This document shows positions 21,490-33,623 of a DNA stretch of 64,000 bases, piece after piece. Source of the stretch: Gracilinanus agilis (lineage: Eukaryota); assembly GCF_016433145.1 (NCBI RefSeq), contig NC_058134.1:304847151-304911150 (forward strand), written 5' to 3'. A program made the position numbers and the translations under genes. The first letter of the stretch is position 1. Each line of letters opens with the position of its first letter. Under the pieces are notes generated by a model, which worked only from the letters and a program-made list of their open reading frames with translations, was not told where the DNA came from and did not search any database.

Positions 21490-22651
21490 GGCTTCTACAG
21501 TTGCAAGCCTTAAAGTGCTGCTATTATTATTAAGGTTAGTGAGAGAATGGGAAGGACAGAGTGAGCAATCCCCTAGGAAAGACAGCATGGAATGATATCA
21601 AAGTGCCTGCAGGTGTCTATAATGGTTTTGCTTTTCTTGATTCCTCAACTGGACAGGGAATGGTTGGGAAGTGGAAGGGCAACAGTACAGATCTAAAAAC
21701 TAAAATACAGTTTTTTTCAAACAAAGAGCGCATGTGAAAGGGTTTGCTTTGATGGAGGACAGAACAGGAGAAGGCAGAGTGGTATGAGATGACGAGGAAA
21801 GAAAAGGGAGCTCACAGCAAACCCTCCATTTTTCTCTGCCTGTTCTGTTCAGGTAAGACTTCATATGCCTGGAGTTGCAGACATCACCCCCTAACTCCCC
21901 AACAGGTTTGAGACCTATCGAGTATCCTCAATACTGTCTGCCAAGATGGGTGAGAGTTGGGTGAAAGGTGGACAGCAGAGATGAATGAGCAGCTCTGAAA
22001 AGGGCATGGCAAAATCTCATGCCAGAGACACTAGTCCTCCAGAACCGCCCATACACCTCAGAAAGCAGAGGGAGTAAGACAGGATAAGGGTAAGGATGAA
22101 ACCAAGCACAACACAAAAGCAAGCTAGATCTGAGTTGGGACATCTTGGGGCTAGCTGAAAAGGAGGAATGGGGTATATACAATGATGGCTGGGGGTCTAG
22201 AGAGAGATCCCTTGAGATCAAGTCCAACTCTGTGGCCCGTGAAAGCAAGAACCCATCTCTAGAAGGCAGGAGCAGTGGAAAGGCAAACTTGGAGGAGTCT
22301 GAACAGGAAGCAAGTACTGGCAATTCAAGATGGTTCTGATCTCATAATGGCCTTCCAAGCACTGAAGAAGGCTCTGAGACAAAGACAAAAGCCACAAAAG
22401 AGTGGCCTGGTCAGGAAATCTGTAAGCACACAAAGGGAAAATTGCAAGGGTGAATATAGAAATCACAGGCACAACTCAGGGATAACAACAGGTTCCCTTT
22501 CCCAGAATAACTAGTGTTGTGACAGCAGGAAATATGCCAGAATATTCATAGTGCTCAATAAACGTGCTGTCTAAATTACATGACTTCTTCTGAATCTTTG
22601 CTATGAAGAGGAGCCAGATAATCAGTGAGATCCATCAAAAGGCTTTCCCAA

Positions 22652-22863
22652 TTGTGGTGGCAAAAAATTGGAAAATGAGGGTATGTCCTTCAATTGAGGA
22701 ATGGCTGAACAAATCGTGGTATATGCTGGTGATGGAATACTATTGTGCTCAAAGGAATAATAAACTGGAGGAATTCCATGTGAACTGGAAAGACCTCCAG
22801 GAATTGATGCAGAGTGAAAGGAGCAGAACCAGGAGAACATTGTACACAGAGACTGATATACTC
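22652..22863 (+). mobile_element. Short L1 ORF2 C-terminal fragment
   Basis: IVVAKNWKMRVCPSIEEWLNKSWYMLVMEYYCAQRNNKLEEFHVNWKDLQELMQSE; nearly identical to 4754-4965. Confidence 0.9.
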
Positions 22864-25599
22864 TAAATTAATTAATTAAATGAATTTTCCCAGGAGGAAA
22901 TTAAAGATACATTTAAGGAAAAAAAAGACTTTTCCCAAGAAAACCTTGATGAAGATCTGAATATAGATAGACCATCCTATTAATGGGGCTTAACAAGTCA
23001 AGAGAAAAGGACAGTAAGAAGGCTCCTACTGCTTCTTGCCCTGGGGTCTACAACCTTGTTAATATTTTTTTAACTGTATGTCAATGAAACTGGTTTCATT
23101 TATAAGCCTCTGTACTGTATATGATGCATTTAACAATGTGATTCTGAGGTTTGGAAGCTCCTTCATCAGACTGCTCAAGGAGAACAAGACCCAGAAAAGG
23201 GCTCCTAACTAGGTCTGAGAAAAGGAGATGATAAAAACCAAGAATAGCCACAATACATGGAGTGAGATTGGAATGGCCAAGAGGGCCCCCAAAGAGGAGA
23301 GAAGAGAAGAGAGCAGCTTTCCCTGCTGGTCTGCAGAGACAGGGGCAGGAGAGGGAGGATGGAACTGGAGGTGTGAACACCACATACAGGAATGTCACAT
23401 TTCCTCACTGGTTCACTTTACAGAACTGCTTGTTTCTTTTCTCTTTTTCTACTGTTATAAAGAATGGCTCTCAGGACAGAACAAGAGGAGGGATACGCTG
23501 GGAAATCGAGGCCAGTCAGGCAGCCAGAAAGTATTTAGGAAGCACCAGGAACACAAAGACAGACCAAAGCAATGGACCTGACCTCAAGGAGCACATGTCT
23601 AACGGGGGAAGCACCATCTAATACCATGTACACGAGAGAGAGACCTTGTAAATGGGATCTGAGAAGGAGCCCCTCTGCCCAGGGTGGGATCTGAGCAGCC
23701 CATAAACACACAGAAGCAATTCCAGGGATAGTGGATGTCCAAGTGACAGCAAGAAGGGTCAACATCCCTGTAGCATAGTGGGCATTGGGGGAGAGACAGG
23801 GATAATAGACAAGATGTGGGAGGCCAGGAGAAGCTCACTATATTTTAGAGACCTGAAGCTGAAGGCCGCTCACTGTACTAAAAGAGTGAAGAAGAGAGGC
23901 AATGAAGAAACAAGACATTATCAATAAAAATGTACTGAATCAGCGCATTTGGGATTATGTGAAGGGTTACAAGGATGTGTTTATGTGTCAAGGAGGGATG
24001 TAGGGGGTTTAGGTGGATGGATAGATGGATGAGATGCTTATAAAAGATGCAGCTTTGGAACCCAACTGCCAACCAGGCCTACACAGCCAAGCCTTTCAAG
24101 AGGCAGCAGGCCAATGTGGAATGGGCATCACCATGCTCTTGGCCAAATCCAAGCTGGTGAAGGCATCCCTCTGTTCTGCTTCATGCTTTGGGCCACCAGG
24201 ACCAGTTCCCTGTACATGTGATGACTCCCGACAACAATCAAGATTAAGTAACTTCAGAAAAGTGAATTCTATCAAGCTCCTCACCTGCCACCATTTGTCA
24301 GCATCCCACAGATAAAGGAATGAAGATGTCAATTCTCACTCGAAGGAAGCTCAGAGGCCCCCGAGATCTAACTCAACCATCACTTTGCCTGGAGGACACA
24401 AAGATTGGGATGATCCCAAAGCCTCTTTAGTGGCTGGATCAACACCAAGAGAACCAGGATCTCACAGGCAAAAGGGGATGTCTGAATTGCCTTAGAGAAG
24501 AACCCTATCCCCAGCCAGAACCAGCCTGGCCTCATAGGAGGTGCAGACAGAGGCTACCTATCATTCAGCACCTGTCAAATACCAGCACTAAGGAAAGGGT
24601 CTCATGAACAAATAATAAGCAAAGTTCTGTAGGTCTTCAGACAAAAAGCACTTACCAAAGCACTAGCTTGTTTCAGGGCAGCAAAAGTATTCATGTCTTT
24701 CAGGTCACAGCTATAGCAAAGGCTTTTAAAAGGACTTCCTGCCCTTTGTTTGGCTCCCAAGCCCTGCTGTGAAGTGTCCTTTGGTATTTTTATTGAAAGG
24801 TCGCCTTCACTGCCAGGTACCCATCTCTACAAAGTGGGAGTTACAATTTCCTCTTCTCTAGGGTCAAGCTTGACCACTGGAATGAGAGATGCTCCTATTC
24901 CCACTGCTGTGGGGTCACTGGCGATGCCATATCTGCCTGGTTCATGTCACTTGGGTTGGCCCACCTGCCATCTTCCCAGGCATCACTGTGTCTTCACTGT
25001 TTCATTGCTTCTACAAAAGGGGCTGTTAAACATGGTTTGCAGTAGATGGAATCTCCCTGATCTTCCGGGCACACACCTGGCAAGGGAAGCTCTGGGTCAA
25101 AAGGCTCATCATTTCCTGCCCTCTCACAGCGTCAATCCAAGTATTTCCACAGCGTACTTGGATCAATTCACAGCTCCACCCCAGGGGTTGGTGCTTCTGC
25201 TTTTCCACCACCACCATCTTGACCAATGTGTGGGATGCTCTTGTCTAGCGCTGTGCTCTACGCCCAACAGTCCCTACTCAAGAACAAACATTCCCATCTA
25301 GATGAAAGATGCTGCACACATCCAAAATACTGCTGCCATAAAGGGGCCGGGAAAGAGAGCCAGAGCAGCTGGCCGCTTTCAAAATAAACTCCAGCCCCAT
25401 CCATTTGTCCTGGACACGGGTGCTCACTCTCAGCTGCTCTCTGCACGGAAGCTGTTGTAAGAGCCACAGCCAGCCAGCTATTTCCCTGATCCCAAGGAGG
25501 TGACATGAAGGCAGCCCCCCTTCTGTGGCTACAGGGAAGAGTGGTCACATCACAGAGGAGGGCTCAAAAGTCGGGGAAATACTGAAAAGGAAATCCCCA

Positions 25600-25855
25600 A
25601 CGCCAAAAACTAAGTCTGAGAGGAAGCAATTCACTTGTAACTTAAAAGGTTAATATTTGAAACTTTAAAATGGATGCAAAGTGAAATCAAGGCAGACATC
25701 AGGAAAAAACAAGACTAGGGTGGAGGAATGTTGAACTAAGTAACTGATGAAATTTTGATATCCAAAATCAGATTGACATAAATATACCAGATTATAAGCC
25801 ATTCCCCAATAGACAAATGAAAAAAGGATATTGAGTTTTCAAACGAAGAAACACA
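25600..25855 (+). mobile_element. Degenerate L1 ORF2 fragment
   Basis: ccattccccaatagacaaatgaaaaaaggatat...ttttcaaacgaagaaac resembles L1 ORF2. Confidence 0.6.
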
Positions 25856-26098
25856 TCAAATTTGGCCTCAGATATTCCTGCTACGTGACCCTGGGAAAGT
25901 CATTTAAGCTCAGTTTCCTCAACTATAAAGTGGGAATAATAACACATACCTCCCAGAGTTGTTGTGAGGATTTAATAAGAGAACATTTAGAAAATGCTTA
26001 GCACATAGAGAGTCAGAATGAAGACAGTCCATAGCAGATGCTATGTATTATGATTATCATTACTATTACATATAGAGAGGCTATCCTATGAAAGGAGA

Positions 26099-26787
26099 AG
26101 GGCCACTAAGTGGTTCAATGGATAGAGCACCAAGACTGGAGTTGGAGTTGGGTTCAAATTTTGACCTCAGACAAGCTGTGTGATGCTGGGCAGTCATATA
26201 GTCTGTTTTGCTTAGCCCTTGCCCTTCTGTCTTAAGAATTGTTACTAAGTGGGGCAGGCAGCTGGGTGGCTCAGTGGATTAAGAACCAGGCCTAGAAACA
26301 GGAGGTCCTAGGTTCGAATCTAGCCTCAGACACTTCCTAGCTATATGACCCTGGGCAAGTCACTTAACCCCTGTTGCCTAGCCCTTACCACTCTTCTGCC
26401 TTGAAACTAATACACCGTATTGATTCTAAGGTGGAAGATGAGGATTTTTTTTTAATTGCTACTAAGAAAGTAAGGGTTTTCATTTTAAAAAGAAGAAATG
26501 CAAACTACCAAGAGCCACCTGAAAAAATCTAAAAAAAAAACATTTTAAATTCGCAAAGTGAGGGGTCAGTTGGGTAGCTTAGTGGATTGAGAGCCAGGCC
26601 TAGAGACAGGAGGTCCTGAGTTCAAATGTGGCCTCAGACACTTCCCAGCTGTGTGTCCCTGGGCAAGTCTCCCCCGCCTCGCTATTGCCTAGCCCTTACT
26701 GCTCTTCTGTCTTGGAGCCAATATACAATATTGACTCCAAGATGGAAGGTACGGGCCCTAAAAAATAAAAATAAATAATAAAAATAA
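26099..26787 (+). mobile_element. Cluster of three didelphid SINEs, the second nested in the tail of the first
   Basis: Nested copy 26250-26453 with TSD aattgttactaag / aattgctactaag; third copy 26563-26787 with TSD aaattcgcaaagtgag / aaattcgtaaagtgag. Confidence 0.9.
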
Positions 26788-29363
26788 AAATTCGTAAAGT
26801 GAGACAAAACAAAGGTTTGCAGTTTCACCTCCAGTCCATCAAGCTGAAGCAAGTGGTTCCAGCTTTCTTCTTCTTCAAAAAAAAAGGAAGTTTGGGCACT
26901 GTCGGCTGTTAGATACAGAGTCCTCTGGGATGATTTTTCACATTTCAAAATCATCAGTAATTTTCTCTGTGTTTATTTTGCATAAGCAAACCCAGGTTAG
27001 GAAGGGGGTTTTTGTGTGTGGACCACTCATAATTTCCTTGCTCCAAATCAAAGAAATGATTGTTTAAAAAGGAAGAGAAAGCCAAAGTGGTCCAGCTCTG
27101 ACCATGTTCAGGTTTCCAGTGCCTCAGGACCTAGGTATGCACCCTTACTATTTTTATAATAACTCCCTTGCCCTACAGTCCTGATAAGCCAAGAGCCTGC
27201 CCCCTCCCAGCCTTAGGGGTTAGCAAATCCTCTTAAACATATGGGCAGGGGCAGCATCCAGAAATCACCCTTACCATCATCCCCTGACTCTGCGAAAGCT
27301 TCTTCTCTTCCACATCCAAACAAAAAGCTCTCTTACAATCACAGAGAAGTCAAGACTACTCCCCTATCCCATACCCAGGCCTCAGGAGGAAGGATGCTTG
27401 GCCGGCAGCTGCCATTCAGCCGTAATGTCCCTTCTCTCCCCCGCTCAAAGAGGTTGGGGGGGGGGGGGTCACCCTATGCAGGTGCAGAGAAGGAAACCAT
27501 CCTCTCTGTGCACCGGAGGCATGATACATTTTGGTTGTTTTCAAAACAAAGAAGAAGTTTTCAGGGACAGCGATGACTGCAGCAGACACATGGGCATACT
27601 AGGGTCTAACTTCTCTACCCAAGAACTATGAACTCTGGACAAACAGGGAGAAATGGGACACTCCTGTAGTAATATGCCATTTCTCCTCATCAAGCATTAC
27701 TTTTCCATTCCATGGTCTCAGTTAAGTGAGGCCCACTGATGGGTAAGTACGGGCCACCCAGGTGGCAACAAGGTCCTCGACTACAAGGAAAACACAACCC
27801 CAAGCTCCTAATGAGCTATTCCTAAGCTATGGAAGAGAAACACGGAGCTCCCCTTCTGGTAGGATAAATGAGAAAGAGCTACGGTGCTCTAAGGGTCAGT
27901 GGAGAGACAGCGCTAGACCAAAAAGAAAGATCTGTGGGATCTCAGGTCAACATGTTGTTCTCAAGAATGGGCAACAAAAGCCTGGGTAGGCACTGAAGAC
28001 CCAGCCCTCCACCGGTGGGGTAGAAGGAGTGCCCCTCAAATGAAGAATGGATGGCACTGGCTCAGTGGTACATAAACAAATAGAATGTGACTAGGTCGCA
28101 ATCCATGAGCAGACAGACCAATCTTAAAGCGAGCTTCTTCTCTCCAGGGACTGATACCTGGTCCTGATCTTCCCTGCTGCTCTTGAGATTTCCTTGATTT
28201 GCTTTTTTATTATCAGGAATTGGAGATACATAAACATTTCCCCAAAAGAAGCAGCAGAAAAGAAGGAATGCAAAATGAAGCCATGAGTCATCCATCACCA
28301 CTGGCAGCTGAAGTTTCTTTGTTGGTGGTAGTTTAACATGGTCATTCCATCACTGCCTTAGGGGTCTGCTCCCTTCCATTGGATCCTCAATGATTCACGA
28401 ACCCTCTTTTTCTTGGGTTTTTTAAAGTGTCCTCACTCCACTAAGCCCTGCCTCTCAAATCTATCAGGTCACTCCCCCCCCAATCCCAAACCCGGCAGAT
28501 CTGGAAAGGTCCAAATCCTCCAGGCCTTCTCCAGGGGATCCTCCATATAAGAAGGTGGGGAAGTGTGTCTGGACCTCATGCTGAGCTCAGACCCTGACTT
28601 CCAATTCTGCTCACAGTTCCCTAAGCATCAGTTCATTCAAGTCTTACCAGATTTCTGTGAAGCTGCTCCTGTCACCATTTCTTATAGCCCAAAGAATTCT
28701 GGCTGGACAATTTCTGATTCACACTTGGGACAAAGTAGCGGAGAAAGGACTGTGCCACGAAGTGATCATTTGTGAAGCTTTGTATTTCTGGGCTTTGCCC
28801 AAATGCATATGTCCTACTTGTGTAAGCACATACCCCAAGCAGGTCGTAATTGATGAAAAGCCCCCCAGGCCCCAAAAGGGTCAGCATATCTTTCTGTAGT
28901 AGCAAAGATGATGCCAAGTGATGGGGCAACAGCCAAAGGAACCATGGTCTCTGAATGTGATGGATTGTTACTGTGCTGGGAGAAATCCTGAGTGTGAGGA
29001 CCACAGAGAAGCCCCTGAAGTAGTGATGCCCAGGAGAATAAACCATGCCCCAAGCAGAAACCACAAACCAAAACAAATGCTCTGAATGGGTTTTGTCTGG
29101 CAAGACTATGCAAATAGCTGTGATTTGTTGCAAGGACTTTTTTTGTGTGTGGTTAACTAGAAAAAAACAAATAATTTATACATGACTTCACCTAAGCTGA
29201 ACCCAAAGGAGAGCTTTGAAAAGGTTTCCCCTCCCCCAGAGGGGGGAAGGGAGGGAGGGAAGGACAGAGAGAGGGAAGTGGACATTGGAGTCAAAGAGCC
29301 ATGATGCTCCTGCCCAAGCCACAGCTCTAAAGGAACCCCCAAGGCCCAGGCCTGCTCACTGAC

Positions 29364-29485
29364 CAGCTGCAATTCTTGCGGCTTTTGCATAGTTCCCATT
29401 TTCAATGCAAGAGATGAGCTCGCTCCGATCTTCCAGCGTATGTCTTCTGATCAGAGCCGGCTTGCCCTTGCCACACTTTGGTAAG
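29364..29485 (-). CDS. BRD1: BRD1 coding exon (approx. exon 9)
   Basis: tttcag|C TTA...GCT G|gtcagt; 122 nt, phase 2/1; LPKCGKGKPALIRRHTLEDRSELISCIENGNYAKAARIAA. Confidence 0.96.
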
Positions 29486-30045
29486 CTGAAACAGGAAGAA
29501 ATGACAATTAGAACCCAGATGCCCCCTGCTACACGGAAATGTCAACTCACATGAAGCAATGCTAGAGTGGCCCACCCACGGCATGCACTTGGGGAAGGGG
29601 CACCCACTCTCCTCCCCATGCTCTGGGCAAGGGCCAGGACAACCTGGAGGCTTCCAGGTGCCCACACTGGAAGAGAGGAGCTGTGGGTGCCAGGAAGGAG
29701 CCTGAAGCAGCCATCATTGCCAGGAGAGCAAGGAGCAGCCACAGAGGGCCTGGGTGCATTTGCTAGTGCCAATCCCTCAGCTCCTTTAAACACCCACAAT
29801 ACAAAAGGCTTGACAAGATGCACAAAAAGTTTGGACATTCTGGTCAGTCGACTTGGGGCAGTCTCATGGTAAAGCTCTACCAACCAATATTAGACAGGAG
29901 GCATGAAAACCAGCAGGAGAAAGGCAAAGGAGGGTTAGGGGATGAAACGGATGAAACCCCCACCTCTATTGAAGTCAGAGGCTCAGCCATTGCACAAGCC
30001 GACATCACAGGCCCTACCTCTGCTTGAGGTGGCCACCCTGCTCAC

Positions 30046-30181
30046 CTGGAGTTACACAGCAGGCTATTACTGGAGGAGATACTGGACTCTGACGCACAGC
30101 GGCGCCGAGGCTCCACTCTCCGTCCAGGGCCATCATCTGGCTCTGGCTCCTTCACTTCACTTCCAAAGCCATTGGACAAAC
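30046..30181 (-). CDS. BRD1: BRD1 coding exon (approx. exon 8)
   Basis: cttgtag|GT TTG...TCC AG|gtgagc; 136 nt, phase 1/2; GLSNGFGSEVKEPEPDDGPGRRVEPRRRCASESSISSSNSLLCNS. Confidence 0.95.
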
Positions 30182-30210
30182 CTACAAGACAAACACACAG
30201 AGCAACGTGC

Positions 30211-30342
30211 CTAGCTGAGCATGGTGACCATGGGGGCAGACGGCCTAGCTGAGCATGGCAGCCATGGGGGTAAATGGTCTAGCTGAGCATGGTGGCTGTG
30301 GGGACAGGTGACCTAGCTGAGCACAGTGGCCATGGGGGCACA
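30211..30342. repeat. 34-bp minisatellite, 4 copies
   Basis: ctagctgagc(a) anchors at 30211, 30245, 30279 and 30313. Confidence 0.95.
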
Positions 30343-32084
30343 TAGCCTCTGGAAGCCAAAAGTTACCCAGAGAAACCCAGGCAGGGCCCCTCCTCTTCTG
30401 GCAATTCCCAGTAAGTCAACCTGGGTTCTATTTCAAGCATCCCAAAAGCCTGGCATAGTGAAGAAAACTCTTCTACAAGTTCACAAGGAGGCTGCCAAAT
30501 GACAGCGTTGATGCTGGATTCCCACATAAACTTAAAACAAGAAAAAAAAAGTTTCAAATCCATTGCCAACATGTCCTTGTTTTTTATATCCAGCTTTATT
30601 TGGAATGCACAGCCTCCAAGTAAAAATGAAACCTTGGGACAAAGGAGAGAGCTCAGTGGTCAAGAGGCAAACTCAGAGAGAATATGGATGAGCCCACCCC
30701 CCTCTGCCATCTAAGCCCCATCACGTGGGCCATGCCTTTGTTTTCTTGCTTTCTAGAGTAGTCATAGCAATAGTTCATCTCTAGTGACCATAGAAACCAT
30801 CCCCCATCCCCCAACAGCCCAAGATAGGTCTAGGCTACTCTCAGCAGTAGCCAGTGAAGGAGAGTCAAGAATAAATCTCCCATAGTCAACCAGTCTCAGC
30901 CTTAATAGCAACACTAGGCCACAATGGCCAGCCTCTTCCTCTATTCCTAGGGTTCTACAGTCAGAGGCCAAGAAGAAAATTAAGATATTTTCTTAATCTA
31001 GACCTAGAACACACCAAACCAACCCGATTCCAAACTCAACATCCTTCATAGCAAATTAAGAGACAAGCCAAAGTGAACCTATGCTGCAACCCAAGCCTCC
31101 ATTTATAAAGTTGGGGTCCACTGATCTTCCCTTCAAACCTCCCTGGCCCCTAATGGAAAATGGGAGTGGGAAGCGTCAAACTGGGCAGGGCATGGCATAG
31201 CACCTGCTTCCCCAGCCAAGCTGACCGCTGGTTAGAAGGGAACTGAGGACCCTGAGTAGGTCCAAAGCATCGCTGGCTGCTGAGTTCATACATACTAGGT
31301 GCCTAGTCATGGAGACAACTAAGAGTCTGAAATAATCTTAAGAGAATAAGCACAAAAAAACTAACTCTTCAGAGCAGAACTCTGTTCATGGCCTACAAAA
31401 ATGTGAAGCTGTCCTTTATCTCACTTTGTTAACATCAAACATCATCCTCAAAGCAAAGTGGTCCTATTTCCAGGTTCCTATGATATCGAGCTGCAGAGAA
31501 ATTCTAATTCATCCTATACAGAACTAGAAAAAAACAACAACTAATCTCAAATTTGCAAACATATTTTCATGGTTGTTCAGGTGAAGCAAACTGGATTTTT
31601 AAAAATACTAAGGTAGAAACACAGGAGCCAAAATAAAACTAGTAGCTACCACAGAGCACCCCATAAGCCCAAGCAGTACCTTCCTTAGCTCTACAGCCTC
31701 TCCATCCTCCCCTTCCCACCTCTCTCTCCAGGACCCCAGTCCTGTTGGGCCCCCCAATCAGCTGGCCCCACCTCACAGTCATGCTGGTGCCCAAGACCCA
31801 GCCTCACATTCACTTCATTTCTAAGACCCTTCCCAGCTCCCAAGGTCTAAGAATTTGCTGGAGGGAGCAGACCAGCCAGAATACCCCACCAGGGAAAGGA
31901 GCAGTTAGCCTTTCATTAGCCTGTCACCACAACATCTTGTGGGGTCAGTCTCCCACAGGAAGATGTCCTCTTTTGGAAGGACAGGTTCCAGATCCCTGGC
32001 TAAAGTCAGGTTTCTGAAACAACTGAAGATAGGCAGGAGTAATGACGATGATAATATCAACAGTGATGATGATGATAATGACCT

Positions 32085-32305
32085 AAACAAGCATTTACAG
32101 AGCTCTTTAAAGATTGCAAAGCACTCTATACCTAATATTATCTCATTTGATTCTCCTAGCACCTCAGCATCTCAGAGAGGAAGGATTTCCATTTTACAGT
32201 TAAGGAAAGTGAGGGTAGTAAAGGTGAAGTGACTTGCCTAGGGTCAGCTATTTAGTATCTAAAGCCAAATCTGATCTTGGGTTTTTCTGTCACCAAATCT
32301 TCACT
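32085..32305 (-). mobile_element. MIR-type CORE-SINE
   Basis: gcatttacagagctctttaaagattgcaaagcac...ccattttacag...gtgacttgcctagggtca. Confidence 0.75.
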
Positions 32306-32947
32306 CTGGCCTTACATTTACCCCTCCATTCAACCCAGGCCCTCAGCTGAGAGCCACAACAGAGAAAAACTGAGTTGTGAGGGACCTTCCAAAGGTGTGA
32401 AAATTCTGTCACCCATAACACAGGATCCTCATTCTACAATCCCTCCAGCCCCCAGAACTCCCTACCATTATCAATGTGGGCATTAGCTAGCCAAGATATA
32501 TTCTCTATCTTCTTCTGCAGGCTCTGTCCGCTCCTAGGCCTTGTTGGCAGCAAGAGGGGCATGGAGAAGCCCATCTCGAGATCAAGTAAGAGCTGAAACC
32601 TCTCTCCCTCCTTCAGCTTAGTTTTTTGAAACATAGGCCTTGCCAACAGCTCAAAAGGCAGGGCCACTCACACACACACACACACACCATCAATAAAATC
32701 TTGCCCAAGGGGAGTGTTTAGATGACCCAAAGGGGGCTCCTATGAAGGCTACAGTGGAAATCTTAAGCCTCTAATTAAAAGACCCACAGCTTTCTCCCTC
32801 CCAATAAGGCAAGCTGGTAACCCAGTCATTTTTACCAGGTGCTTGGTAACTCTTCAGAAGGATGGAGGAAGAAGGGGAGGGTGCATCTGTCTTTGGGAGA
32901 GAAAGGCCTGCCCCTGCTGCTGGTGCTCCAAAGAACACGACTTACTG

Positions 32948-33623
32948 TGTAAGAGGGAGATTTTAGGTATTTTATAGATATATATTTAAAGTGTGGCTGC
33001 CAGGAATCAACCATTCAGATTGATTCCGTAATTAAATTAGACCCAAGTCAGGATCCGGTTTAACATAGTTTATTTACAATTAGGAAAGTAAAAGGTAGGG
33101 AAATAGAGAGAGGGAGAGGCTAGTCCAGGCCTGCGGAGGCCTGGATGGAAAGAGAAGGTTAAAAGGCTAAATAAATGAGGCTACAAGCCACAAGGCCCAG
33201 CAACCAGATAGGCTAGTGCCTACTTAAGGCAGTTTGGAAGCGGCCCAGGTAGGCCCAGGAAGTCAGCCTAACCTGCCCACGTGACCATTCAGAGGGGAAG
33301 CTGCCTGTGGTCTCCTGGGTTCCTTCAGCACCAAGTTCAAAACCGGGAACTGCCTCCACAGGAAGTAACCAACATACTTAAAGAGATCGTGTCTCTCGGC
33401 ACTTCCCGTGGGTCCACCTCTAATTCAAGCGGACAAATGGCAGTCTCTGCATTGATTTGGACTGCCCAAAGGGCCTTCCCTTGTTCTTGATTTGTCACGT
33501 ATTGTCACATGTGGGTAACTCGTCCCCCCTCCCCACTAAGTGAGGTGGGGATGACATCATTTCTATGCCTAGGATGAGTAGAGTTTTGACTATGAATCCC
33601 CTAGAGTTAATTCCATTTGCACA
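32948..33623 (-). mobile_element. Solo LTR (ERV1-like), 676 bp
   Basis: TG...CA termini; perfect 4-bp TSD ACTG at 32944-32947 and 33624-33627; minus-strand AATAAA at 33069-33074 near the U5 end. Confidence 0.85.

Noticed and set aside
30211-30342. Regularly spaced repeats as a CRISPR-like array
   Set aside because: Units are contiguous degenerate tandem copies with no unique spacers, in a mammalian intron.
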